Shown here piece after piece: positions 9,019 to 19,473 of a stretch of DNA of 64,000 nucleotides. Position numbers and translations under genes: made by a program. The notes beneath the pieces are model-generated. The model made no database searches and was not told the DNA's origin. It saw only the letters and a list, made by a program, of their open reading frames with translations. This stretch comes from Candidatus Latescibacterota bacterium. Lineage in GTDB: Bacteria; Latescibacterota; UBA2968; UBA8231. How positions within the stretch are numbered: position 1 is the first letter of the stretch; the number at the start of each line of letters is the position of its first letter. The DNA is taken from assembly GCA_965204725.1 (NCBI GenBank), contig OZ242005.1:4416001-4480000 (forward strand), in the 5' to 3' direction.

Positions 9019-12000
9019 ATGGCTTTAGCCGAAATCATCCGAAAAAGCACTGTGGTCGATACACCACGTGCGTCAGACCTCGCGACGAGGCCAGCGGAAT
9101 GGACAGATATCTTTCAATTTCACGTCTCGACGCATGTCGCGATAGCCGATATGACAGATAAGTGGGATGCGATTCTCAAAAACCTCCTGCGCGGCCGTTC
9201 GGCAACAGGACTCATCCACGCCGATACGGGTTACGGCAAAACCTCGACCGCAGCCGCGCTTTGGCATTATGCGGAACAACGCGAGATTGTCGCGGTTCCG
9301 CCATTTGTGTGGAATAGCATCGCCGACATGCTCATTGCAACTCACGGGTGGGTCTGCCATCGCTTGAAGGCGAAGAGACCGGATCTGATTCTTGGTTTAG
9401 TGGAGCAGTATGAGAGGCTGATTGCGAGTAGTGACGAAGACAGGGCGGTTAAAATAAGCCAAGAGCAAGATGTTCCGCTCGATTATGCCAGAAAGTCTGT
9501 CCAGTCCCTCAAAGCGCAGGGCGATCTAATGGATGCGGTTTCTGCAAATCGCCTCATTGACTACTTGCGAATGGCGACTTCAACTCTTTTGGAGGCGGAA
9601 TACAAAGGGTTGCTCATTCTGCCAGATGAGTTCGAGCTTTTTGCCGATACGAATCCAGACATCGCCAAGAATTTCGCGGAACTCAAGGACTTTATCTTTC
9701 CCATTTTCCAAGAAGATAGCCTTCCAATAGGCTGCGTGGTTTTGACCTACAGCCGAACATTTTCCGATATCCAACTCAGAGCACCTTACATATTTGCCCG
9801 ATTCGACAAGCCTGAAGGGAGTTTGATCGATCTTGAGCAAGCATACGGAAAAATTGAAGAAAACAGGTCCTTCGCTCACGAACTTTGGGAGAAGTTATCC
9901 GTTGGATGTAACCTAACCGACGAGGAGCAAAAGGCAATTGATCCAGATGTGCTGTTTGCCCTCGGGCAATTTTTGGGACACCCGCGTACGCCCCAACTGA
10001 TTAGCGGCCCTCGGTCTGTCGTTGCAACGTTTCGCCGTGCCGCAAAACACTACGGTGAAAAAAAACAGCCTTATTCCATTTTCGATTTTTGCGAAGACTA
10101 TATCTCTCAAGGTCTCATTTGTTTCAACAACCAAGAAATCGACGCGGTCAAAGCGCATACCTCTATCATGAGCCAGCCCATCATTGGTGCTGATGAGGCA
10201 CGACAGCGTGTTGTTAAACTGCTGTGCGTCTGTCCAGATGGCGTACCGGAGGAATTTTTTAGGAAGCACGGTATTTCCGATGAAGATCGCTTGGCGGTTG
10301 TCCAAGGGTTGTTGGGCACACACGTCATTACGAAAATCATTGGGCCGGCCTTAACCGGCTACAAGGATGATTTGCAAGCCGGTGACGCGCTCATCGAGAT
10401 TCTCAAAATTCTGCGGAGTCAGTACAATCCCGCGAGTGAAGAAACCCATCGCGCCGCTGTCAGATCATTTGCGAATTACATTTTGCCCGAAGTTCTTCAA
10501 CAACGCACGGGAGCTGCTCACACGGGTTGGAGAGATCTGGAAAAGACGGAGGGGGATATAGAACCGATTTTTCAGGCTCGACTCACAGGGACGTCTCTTC
10601 GGGATTATCCGCAACGGACTCTGACTGTGCATGTTGGAACCGAGAAATTTCAAAAAATTAGTCCTGCCTACCGAGAGAGCCAGTTGTTCACTTCTTTTAT
10701 TTTTCGGACTCAAGGTGAATCATCGAGTCATAGTCCAAACACCTGTGATATTCGCGCAGATGGTCTCTACTTTAGCCTCAACATCTCCAAAGCAATCGGC
10801 AACCGGGAAATTCCAAAAGATATTGGCAAACTCGGCGACCTTTTTTTGCCAGAGTCCGTTACCCCTTCGCTACTCCTGTCTATGCTTGACTTCTTTGACC
10901 AAGAAACGACTATCGCCAAAATCAAGGAGCTAAAACAGGAAACACATGTAAAGCTCTTGAAGTCCCGAATCCGAGACCAACTGATCGGCTACTTCTTTTC
11001 CGCTGAGGTCAAGACGAGTGCCGAATCACAGCAGGCAGATTTGGCACAAGTACCTGCAGGGAAAAATTTTGTCGAACGGGCCTTGGGCGTACTGATAAAG
11101 AAAAAATTCAAATCATATCGCTCTGTCGCAGTCTCACACCAATGGCAAAAGAATTTGGGAATCTACATGCAGGCATTGTCGAGAAATGCCGAAAGTCTCG
11201 GCATGCGGCGCGGTGAGGAACCTACTAGAGAGATGACTGCTAGCGAAGTACCAAGGCTGTTCAATGTTGGTCAGCACACCACTTTTGCCCATACGCTCTA
11301 CCCAAACGGTGTTTTGCGCGATCTCTTGCTCGTCAATGAAACTGACGCCAATGGCAAAACCATAGCGGAAGGCGTTGAAGTTAAAAATAACCAAAGTCCA
11401 GTCGTGGTCTATTTTAAGCTACATGACGTGGAAAAGCGCGTTCTAGAAATGCTTGAAGCAAGCACGGAAAGCATTGACGTTGATGGTAACTCGGTCAACG
11501 CAGTGAAATACCACGAGGTTTTCCAACAGGAAGAGAGCCTGGGATACCTCAATACTGAGATTGAAGAGTTAATCAAGTTATTGACGACAAGGGGCTTGGT
11601 CGATAAAAGACAGTATCGAGGGATGGATTATCTGTATCGTGTTGAGACGGAGATCAATTTGGCCGAACTGCAACGCAGGTTCAACCGACTCAAGGATCTT
11701 GAGGCACTGGCAAAATCAAAAGACTTCGACTTCACACTGAAAATAGACGGGGATCACTCTTTTGAATCAGTGCAGGCAGATTTCCGAATAAACGACATTG
11801 GGGCCAATGAAGTCCGCAAGGATTCACTGCGGCAAAAGCTCAATTCGATTGAGAACGCTTTCAAGACACAGTGTACGGAGTGGCTAATGAAAGCCCAAGA
11901 GGAACTCAGTCGAAAAGCCCGAGAGATCGAAATATTGAGGTTGGATCCGCCGAATGTACTGAAGCAAGAAACCGGACACCCGGCAACCGAGTTCTCAGTC

Positions 12001-13122
12001 CTACTATTTCAGGATATACGCAATGAGATTCGGAAGGCTTACAGTGCTATTCCCCAAGAAATAGACAAAGTTAAAAAACAAGCACAAGCAATCCTCAATA
12101 AGAAGATACAAGAATATCTGTCCAACCAAATCCCTGAAAAGGCGATTACAGTGGCGGCAGATTTTCGCGGTTCCATGCAGACGATTGACAAAGAGATCGA
12201 AGCACTCCGAGAGGAGCGTTCAGAAGCTGAACTGCTTTATGAGTTATTTGAAAAATGGCGCAACCTCGCTAGAGATGTTGAGCGTAATCGACTGACGATG
12301 ACAGATGCCCAAGAGATTGATGGGGTAAAAAGTCTCTGTGATAGGCTGGACGAGGAACAGAAGCGGATTAAACGCTATCTTGCGGATCGGACGAAAACTG
12401 TCAAGCAGGTTCTGGAAAACTACGAGTACTTTTTCAATCAAATTGCCGCGATCAAGGGCGAATTTGACCAAGTCTCTGAACGCCGCAAAGATGAGTTTAT
12501 CCGGTTTCAAGCCGATATTGAAGACCAACTCCGTCAACTCATTGACAAACCCGATATTGGCGAACAATTCAATCCCAACGACGTAGAAGGATCGTACAGC
12601 CGAGTCCGCGAAAAAGCGGTTGGGAAGATTCAGGAATTTGTCATCAAATCCGCAATTCAGCGTATTACAGAACTGAAAAGCGAATTGATGAAACCGCTTG
12701 AGGTTTTTACCGTCAGTGACCAGATCAAAAATCAGGCAAAGGAAATGAGCGACGCGTTATATGCTTTGGAGGAGAGGATCAACGAGATGAACGTTGGTCT
12801 GAAACCCGATGACGTTAATGACCTGTTGTCTGCATGGGTGGAATCGCTCAAGTCTATTCGTGAGGCGGGAAATGAGGTTTTCACAAAATGGGAAGGCATT
12901 CAAGATCAACTCAGATGTGACAAAAGTGAGTTGGGTCCGAAGGAAGTAGTGCTGCTGGATATGATTGAAGCTAATGCGGATAAGGATTTCACAGAACTGA
13001 TTATCGATCTCAGGCAGTCAAAAAATAAAGTGTTCGGTTCGACTTCAGAGATCATTGAGAGTCTTGAAGAGTTATATCAACGCAATTGGTTGAACATCAA
13101 AATCTCACGAACGATAGGATAG
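9019..13122 (+). CDS. Large P-loop ATPase with a C-terminal coiled coil (BrxC-like)
   Basis: AAGGAG RBS; Walker A ADTGYGKT, Walker B LLILPDEFE; long E/K/Q-rich helical C-terminal third; followed by a PglZ-like gene. Confidence 0.72.
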   Translation: MALAEIIRKSTVVDTPRASDLATRPAEWTDIFQFHVSTHVAIADMTDKWDAILKNLLRGRSATGLIHADTGYGKTSTAAALWHYAEQREIVAVPPFVWNSIADMLIATHGWVCHRLKAKRPDLILGLVEQYERLIASSDEDRAVKISQEQDVPLDYARKSVQSLKAQGDLMDAVSANRLIDYLRMATSTLLEAEYKGLLILPDEFELFADTNPDIAKNFAELKDFIFPIFQEDSLPIGCVVLTYSRTFSDIQLRAPYIFARFDKPEGSLIDLEQAYGKIEENRSFAHELWEKLSVGCNLTDEEQKAIDPDVLFALGQFLGHPRTPQLISGPRSVVATFRRAAKHYGEKKQPYSIFDFCEDYISQGLICFNNQEIDAVKAHTSIMSQPIIGADEARQRVVKLLCVCPDGVPEEFFRKHGISDEDRLAVVQGLLGTHVITKIIGPALTGYKDDLQAGDALIEILKILRSQYNPASEETHRAAVRSFANYILPEVLQQRTGAAHTGWRDLEKTEGDIEPIFQARLTGTSLRDYPQRTLTVHVGTEKFQKISPAYRESQLFTSFIFRTQGESSSHSPNTCDIRADGLYFSLNISKAIGNREIPKDIGKLGDLFLPESVTPSLLLSMLDFFDQETTIAKIKELKQETHVKLLKSRIRDQLIGYFFSAEVKTSAESQQADLAQVPAGKNFVERALGVLIKKKFKSYRSVAVSHQWQKNLGIYMQALSRNAESLGMRRGEEPTREMTASEVPRLFNVGQHTTFAHTLYPNGVLRDLLLVNETDANGKTIAEGVEVKNNQSPVVVYFKLHDVEKRVLEMLEASTESIDVDGNSVNAVKYHEVFQQEESLGYLNTEIEELIKLLTTRGLVDKRQYRGMDYLYRVETEINLAELQRRFNRLKDLEALAKSKDFDFTLKIDGDHSFESVQADFRINDIGANEVRKDSLRQKLNSIENAFKTQCTEWLMKAQEELSRKAREIEILRLDPPNVLKQETGHPATEFSVLLFQDIRNEIRKAYSAIPQEIDKVKKQAQAILNKKIQEYLSNQIPEKAITVAADFRGSMQTIDKEIEALREERSEAELLYELFEKWRNLARDVERNRLTMTDAQEIDGVKSLCDRLDEEQKRIKRYLADRTKTVKQVLENYEYFFNQIAAIKGEFDQVSERRKDEFIRFQADIEDQLRQLIDKPDIGEQFNPNDVEGSYSRVREKAVGKIQEFVIKSAIQRITELKSELMKPLEVFTVSDQIKNQAKEMSDALYALEERINEMNVGLKPDDVNDLLSAWVESLKSIREAGNEVFTKWEGIQDQLRCDKSELGPKEVVLLDMIEANADKDFTELIIDLRQSKNKVFGSTSEIIESLEELYQRNWLNIKISRTIG

Positions 13123-13127
13123 CGATT

Positions 13128-14255
13128 ATGCTAGACCTTTTAGAGAATCTTCCCTGTATAACCGACCTGCCAGAAACGACGCTAGGGCTGTGGGAAATAT
13201 GCCTGTCTGATATTTGGTGTCCCAATTCGCTGGCAGAATGGCGAGGTGTTGTTGATGCACCACGGGAAGTTCCCACAAAGGCGACGCTTTTTGTGAATTT
13301 TTCAGAGGCTGAAAGTAAAGAATTGACGGACACTTTCGGTTTCCCTACGATTGATCTCCCGGCGGTTCCCCCAATCGAATGGGTAAATCAGAAATTGCCC
13401 GACCGTTTTAGTGCCTTGTGTACAGATGAATCGAAACTCTTAAAACAATCACAACTCGCCCAAACCGTTACAGATCGCGTATCATACATGCTTCCCGACA
13501 TTGTTGTTTTTATGGTACTCGATGGGCTGTCATCGTATGATGTCACAGACTGGTCATTCCCAGAACCTTGGCGTGTAGTGTGTGAGCCGTGTCTTGTTGA
13601 TGGACTAAGTGTCACAACAAACAGTATGTGTCGATTGATCGGATCACCACCTTTAACGCATCGTTTGTTTGAGTTAGGGTACGTACAGCGACTTGGCTTT
13701 TCATATTGGGAACGCTCTCGAAACCAACTTACCAACGTACTCTTTTCTGAATTTCCACCAAGCCAACTGTTTCGCTTCACAACCTTTGAAGAGATTTTAG
13801 ATAGATTGCAGAATACGGACTTACCTAATCGAACTTTCATCCAAATCGTCCGCACAGGACTCGATGGAGTCTGCCATAGTCATAGAGAAAAGCCGAATAT
13901 AGATATTATGCTTAACCAGCTTAAATTGGATATTGAACAAATTTTTGAAGCAGTTGGCTCATCTCAGAAAGTCGTGCGGATTTTTGTAACTAGCGACCAT
14001 GGAATTCTTTGGTTCACAGAACAAAAAGTGAAGCCGTTTAAGTCGGGCAGTACTTCTCCCCGTTACACTTATGCGAACCCCTCATCTGACGTGTCTGGAA
14101 TCACTATTGCTGAAGCTGGAGAGACGTTTACAGTCTTAACAGGCGATGAAGTCATCGCTAGAAACCGAAAGGTGACGGAATGGGGATTTCATGGCGGAGT
14201 TTCTGCACAAGAGTCTTTTATTCCGTTATTCGACATTACCCTAAATAGTAGGTGA
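13128..14255 (+). CDS. PglZ-like alkaline-phosphatase-superfamily protein (short form)
   Basis: VFMVLDGLS, SVT nucleophile region, FVTSDHG and FHGGVSAQESFIPL motifs typical of PglZ domains. Confidence 0.8.
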   Translation: MLDLLENLPCITDLPETTLGLWEICLSDIWCPNSLAEWRGVVDAPREVPTKATLFVNFSEAESKELTDTFGFPTIDLPAVPPIEWVNQKLPDRFSALCTDESKLLKQSQLAQTVTDRVSYMLPDIVVFMVLDGLSSYDVTDWSFPEPWRVVCEPCLVDGLSVTTNSMCRLIGSPPLTHRLFELGYVQRLGFSYWERSRNQLTNVLFSEFPPSQLFRFTTFEEILDRLQNTDLPNRTFIQIVRTGLDGVCHSHREKPNIDIMLNQLKLDIEQIFEAVGSSQKVVRIFVTSDHGILWFTEQKVKPFKSGSTSPRYTYANPSSDVSGITIAEAGETFTVLTGDEVIARNRKVTEWGFHGGVSAQESFIPLFDITLNSR

Positions 14256-14260
14256 TTCAA

Positions 14261-15469
14261 ATGGCAGAGATCAACTTGCGAATTGGCACTGAATACGAAA
14301 ACGGCGAACTAATTTATATGAACGCAACAGGGTCACGCGCCGTATTCATTTGCGGCAAGCGTGGTTCTGGCAAAAGCTACACGATGGGCGTCATCATCGA
14401 AGAACTGTTCAACCAAGAACAAGGCGAGGCAACAATTATCATCGCCGATCCGATGGGGATCTACCACACGATGGCTCTCCCGAACCACACTCAAGCAGAT
14501 GAAGTTCGTCATGCCGGATTCCTTACCAGCGGCTTTCCAGTTCGGCTCATTGTCCCTGGCGACCCCTTGGTTCGATACGGAGATGCAGTGGTGTTGGCGA
14601 AACTGCGAGAGAACGGCGTCGAGGTTGTTCCGCTCCAAATTAACGCCGCAGACCTCTCTCCCGAGGCTTGGTGCGAACTATTTGACATCAGCATGAACGA
14701 AGTGATGGGGATCATTTTGTGGCGAGCAGTTGATACACTTCTCGAAAAAGACCAGCATTTTACTATTGATGACATCCTTGCGGCAATCGAGAGCGATCCA
14801 AGAGCAAAAGATACCTCTAAAGAAGCTTTGGAAAACCGTTTAACGGCGGCGAATAGATGGGGAATCTTCTCAGAAGACCCCACCTCATTGAATGACGTGT
14901 TTCTCTTGAACCAGATCAATGTTTTAGACCTAAGTGTGATTGATGCGGGTACAAAAGGACTACGCAACATGGTGCTTGACGTTGTAGCCCATCGTCTTTT
15001 TTCTGAACGAACACGAGAAAGACGTAGAGAAGAATTTGGTTTGTCAACGAAGCTACCACGGGTTTGGCTGGCGATTGATGAAGCCCATCAATTTGTGCCG
15101 AAAGGACGAGCCTCGCTCTGCAAGGAAATGCTCATTCGTTGGGTAAAGGAGGGACGGCAACCCGGTCTCAGCCTCGTCGTAGCGACGCAACAGCCGGCCG
15201 CGATTGATCCTGAACTGTTATCACAATGCGACGTCATTGTCGCGCACAAAATTACAACTTGGGACGACATCAATGCACTTGACCGACTGAGTGCAACATA
15301 CATGGCGGGAGACTTAAAGGGCTATATTCGCAACTTGAATCGCAGGGGTGAGGCTCTACTGGTTGATGATGAAACCGAGTCTGTTACGACAATTCGAGTC
15401 CGCCCGCGATTTAGTTCGCACGGCGGTGCTGAAATTCAAGAGAAGACTGTGAGGAAATTTTTATTTTAG
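14261..15469 (+). CDS. HerA/FtsK-family ATPase (DUF87-like)
   Basis: GKRGSGKS Walker A, IADPMG, LAIDEAH Walker B, KEGR, ATQQP. Confidence 0.85.
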   Translation: MAEINLRIGTEYENGELIYMNATGSRAVFICGKRGSGKSYTMGVIIEELFNQEQGEATIIIADPMGIYHTMALPNHTQADEVRHAGFLTSGFPVRLIVPGDPLVRYGDAVVLAKLRENGVEVVPLQINAADLSPEAWCELFDISMNEVMGIILWRAVDTLLEKDQHFTIDDILAAIESDPRAKDTSKEALENRLTAANRWGIFSEDPTSLNDVFLLNQINVLDLSVIDAGTKGLRNMVLDVVAHRLFSERTRERRREEFGLSTKLPRVWLAIDEAHQFVPKGRASLCKEMLIRWVKEGRQPGLSLVVATQQPAAIDPELLSQCDVIVAHKITTWDDINALDRLSATYMAGDLKGYIRNLNRRGEALLVDDETESVTTIRVRPRFSSHGGAEIQEKTVRKFLF

Positions 15470-15506
15470 CGTCTAATTCACGTCTCCTATCTCCGAAAGG
15501 CTTTCC

Positions 15507-18181
15507 ATGACTACACATAACGACGAATTCGGTGCGCGCACCCGGCTAGAATGCAGCGGCGGTAGCGGCGTCCTGTACCGCATTCAAACGCTAGAAGAAG
15601 AGGGCATAGCCGAGGTGAGCCGGCTGCCCTATTCGATCAAAATTCTGCTAGAGGCCGCGCTCCGGCAGTGCGACGGGTTTGAGATTACCCGCGAGGATGT
15701 CGAGCGCATTGCACGCTGGAGTCCTGAGATGGCGGGCAAGGAAGAGATTCCCTTCAAGCCAGCGCGCGTGGTGATGCAGGATTTTACCGGCGTCCCCGCC
15801 GTGGTTGACTTGGCCGCGATGCGCGACGCGGTGGCCGATTTGGGCGACGACCCGGAGAAGGTCAATCCCCTGATTCCGGTTGACTTGGTCATCGATCATT
15901 CGGTCCAAGTCGATTACTACGGCATGCGCGAGGCACTGGCCATGAACGCCGCCCGCGAGTTCGAGCGCAACCGCGAGCGCTACGAGTTTTTGCGCTGGGG
16001 CCAGAAGTCCTTTGACAATTTTCGCGTGGTGCCGCCGGCCACCGGCATCGTGCATCAGGTCAATCTAGAATATCTGGCGCAGGTGGTGCAGGAGCAGGAC
16101 GGCGCGTTCTACCCCGACAGCCTAGTGGGTACGGACAGCCACACGACGATGATCAACGGCCTCGGCGTCCTCGGCTGGGGAGTGGGCGGCATTGAGGCCG
16201 AAGCCGTGATGTTGGGGCAGCCGATCTACATGCTTTTGCCCCAAGTGGTCGGCGTCAAGCTAACGGGCGCGTTGCCCACTGGAACGACGGCTACGGACTT
16301 GGTGCTGACGGTGGTGCAGATGCTCCGGGCGCATGGCGTGGTTGGCAAATTCGTCGAATTTTACGGCCCGGGCTTGAGCGAACTGAGCTTGGCCGACCGG
16401 GCGACCCTCGCCAATATGGCCCCGGAATACGGGGCGACGACGGGCATTTTCCCGGTTGACGAGGAGACGCTGGCCTACTTGGTGCTCACCGGGCGCAAAA
16501 AAGCGGTGGTCGAGCGAGTCCGCGCCTACATGGAAGCGCAGGGTATGCTCTACCGCGCCGAGGGGCCGGACCCCGTCTTCAGCGAGTACTTGGCATTGGA
16601 TATGGGGACCGTTGAGCCGAGCTTGGCCGGCCGACGCGGCCGCAGGATCGGGTCCCGCTCAAGGACGTGCCAACGGCCTTCGCCGCCTCGCTGACAGACC
16701 GCTTTGAAGTGGCAGACCGCGGCAAAAAGGTCGCCGTCAATTTGGGCGAGCAGGGGGCGGTTGAGCTGGCCCACGGCGCAGTGCTCATCGCCGCCATTAC
16801 CTCCTGCACGAATACCAGCAACCCGAGCGCGATGGTGGGGGCGGGGCTGTTGGCGCGCAATGCAGCCGAGCGGGGCCTCTCCGTACCGGCTTACGTCAAG
16901 ACCAGCTTGGCACCGGGCAGCCGGGTCGTTTCCCGCTACCTCGACGCGGCTGGCCTCACCGACAGCCTAGAGGCCCTCGGCTTCCACACGGTCGGCTACG
17001 GTTGCACGACCTGCATCGGCAACTCAGGGCCTCTGCCGGAAGAAATCGCCGCGGCCGTGGCCGACAACGACTTGGTGGTGTGTAGCGTACTCAGCGGCAA
17101 CCGCAATTTCGAGGGCCGGGTCCACGCGACGACGAAGGCCAATTTCCTCGCCTCGCCGCCTTTAGTCGTGGCCTACGCGCTCGCGGGCCGGGCGACGATC
17201 TCCTTTGAGCGCGAGCCGCTGGGCCGCGACCAAGCCGGCCGCGAGGTATTCCTGCGCGATATATGGCCCTCGCCGGACCAGATCCGCGACGCACTGGCCC
17301 ACTCGCTGACGCCCAAGATGTTCGAGGAAGAATACGGCAATGCGTTCCGTCAAAACGAAACTTGGAACGCCATTCCCGTGCCCGAGGGCAAGCGCTACGC
17401 TTGGGCCGAGGAGAGCACGTACATTCGCAAGCCGAACTTCTTCGACGGCCTCACCAAAGAGGCCCAGCCGATCCAGCCGATTCGAGGCGCACGAGTCTTA
17501 GCCCAGCTCGGCGACAGCGTGACGACCGACCACATCTCGCCGGCCGGTGCGATTGCCGTAGGCAGTCCCGGGGCCGAGTATCTCGCCAGCCGCGGCGTTG
17601 AGCGCAAGGATTGGAACAGCTATGGCTCCAGACGCGGCAACCACGAGGTGATGATGCGGGGCACGTTTGCCAATATCCGCATCCGCAATGAGCTGGTGCC
17701 CGGCGTTGAGGGGGGTTATACGCGCCATCTGCCTTCGGGCGAGCAGATGACCATTTACGAGGCGGCGATGCGCTACGGAGCGGAAGGCGTCCCGTCGATC
17801 GTTATCGCGGGCAAGGAGTACGGAGCGGGTTCGAGCCGCGACTGGGCGGCCAAAGGCCCCTTCCTGCAAGGCGTCAAGGCCGCCATCGCCGAGAGCTACG
17901 AGCGCATCCACCGCTCAAACCTGATTGGGATGGGCATTCTGCCGCTGCAATTTTCCCCCGGTGAAGACCGCCACGCGCTGGGGCTGACCGGCGAGGAAGT
18001 GTACGACGTCGAGGGCCTCGACGACGACTTACAGCCGGGGCAGGTGTTGGAGGTGGTCGCCCAGAGCACGGCAGGCGAGAAGTGCTTTGCGGTGATATGC
18101 CGGATAGACACTCCCGTGGAGATCAACTACTACCGCAACGGGGGGATCCTGCACACAGTACTCAGGCGGATGGCCGAGTAG
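15507..18181 (+). pseudogene. acnA: Aconitate hydratase A split by a single-base frameshift near 16631 (pseudogene or sequencing error)
   Basis: [44 protein letters not shown] and GSSRDWAAKG motifs spread over two ORFs; adding one C at GCCGGC^CGACG restores [12 protein letters not shown]. Confidence 0.88.
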
Positions 18182-18189
18182 GAGATGCC

Positions 18190-19434
18190 ATGAGTTCGTT
18201 TGCTGTTAAAGACGTCATGCGTACCGTGCTACACGTGCCGTTCCACGAGCGGTGCGCCGACGCCATGGAAATCTACGGGCCGGGCTGGGCCATCGTCGAG
18301 TTGATCGAGGTGGAAACCGAAGGCGGCGTTGTCGGCATCGGCGAGACGATTCAGGGCTATACGTGGGGTCGCTCGCACGAATCGGAGTTTGCCCGCGTGC
18401 GCGGCCGCAATGTTTTCGAGGTGTTGTGGGACGATTCGCTAGGGGCTGGCTTGCAGATGGCACTTTTCGACGCGGCCGGCAAGCACTTAGGCGTCCCCTG
18501 CCATCGGCTGATGGGGCCGCAGCACCGCGACGCCTGCCCGGTTTCTTGGTGGGCGCAAAGTATGCCGCCCGCAGCGTGGGCGGCCGAGGCGCGGGCGGCC
18601 GAGGCGCATGGCTTTACCACCATGAAGGTCAAGGCGCGGCCTTGGTACGATATTGCGGCGCAGTTGCGGGCCGTGGATGAGGCCACTTCTCCGCACTTTA
18701 AGCTGGACGCCGACTTCAACACCATGTTGCTGGGGGTTGACCAAGCCGCCCCGCTCATTGCGCGCTTAGAGCGGGACCACGCCTGTCTCGCCATCGTCGA
18801 ATCGCCAATCCCGCAGGACGACGTGGAAGGCAACAAACTCCTGCGGCGCAAGATCCAATGTCCAATCGCCATGCACATAGGCCAGCCGCCGGCCATGACG
18901 GCGATTCGCGAGGGCGTGTGCGATGGGTTTGTCATCGGCGGCGGGGTCCGCCGCGTCTTGAGCGACGGCAATTTGGCCGCACGGGCGTCCATGCCATTCT
19001 GGTTGCAGATGGTGGGCACTGGCCTGACAGCGACCTTTGCAGCGCACTTGGGGGCGGTGCTAACGGAAGCGCGCTGGCCGGCGATTCCTTGCGTCAACAT
19101 CTATTCGCACGTTTTGGTGCAGGAGTTCGCAGTGGAGGGCGGGCATTTGCGGGTGCCGGAGGCTCCGGGCTTGGGGGTCGAGTTGGACCGGGAGGCTGTG
19201 GAGAGGCTGCGCGTTGAGCCGGACTTCGCCAAAGCGCCGGTGCGCCAAATACACGCCGTGCGCTGGCCCGACGGCCGGGTTCTCTGGGCCGCCGATGGCC
19301 GTTACCGCGGCGATTTCACCGCTGGCAAGCAAACCGGGTTTTTACCGGGGATGCAGCTAGCGGTGCGGCTCGACGATGGCAGCGAAGAATTTGATCGAGA
19401 GTACCGGGAGCGGTTCCCGGAGCGAGTCCGATAG
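18190..19434 (+). CDS. Mandelate racemase/muconate-lactonizing enzyme family (enolase superfamily)
   Basis: MALFDAAGKHLGVP, KxK (MKVKA), LDADFN, ESP and VPEAPGLGVELD motifs. Confidence 0.85.
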   Translation: MSSFAVKDVMRTVLHVPFHERCADAMEIYGPGWAIVELIEVETEGGVVGIGETIQGYTWGRSHESEFARVRGRNVFEVLWDDSLGAGLQMALFDAAGKHLGVPCHRLMGPQHRDACPVSWWAQSMPPAAWAAEARAAEAHGFTTMKVKARPWYDIAAQLRAVDEATSPHFKLDADFNTMLLGVDQAAPLIARLERDHACLAIVESPIPQDDVEGNKLLRRKIQCPIAMHIGQPPAMTAIREGVCDGFVIGGGVRRVLSDGNLAARASMPFWLQMVGTGLTATFAAHLGAVLTEARWPAIPCVNIYSHVLVQEFAVEGGHLRVPEAPGLGVELDREAVERLRVEPDFAKAPVRQIHAVRWPDGRVLWAADGRYRGDFTAGKQTGFLPGMQLAVRLDDGSEEFDREYRERFPERVR

Positions 19435-19473
19435 AAACCAGCACAGCGACATGGCCGACTGTCTTTTTGGTGC

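Noticed and set aside
16620-16670. Programmed ribosomal frameshift in acnA
   Set aside because: No slippery sequence; a single-base deletion explains the split.
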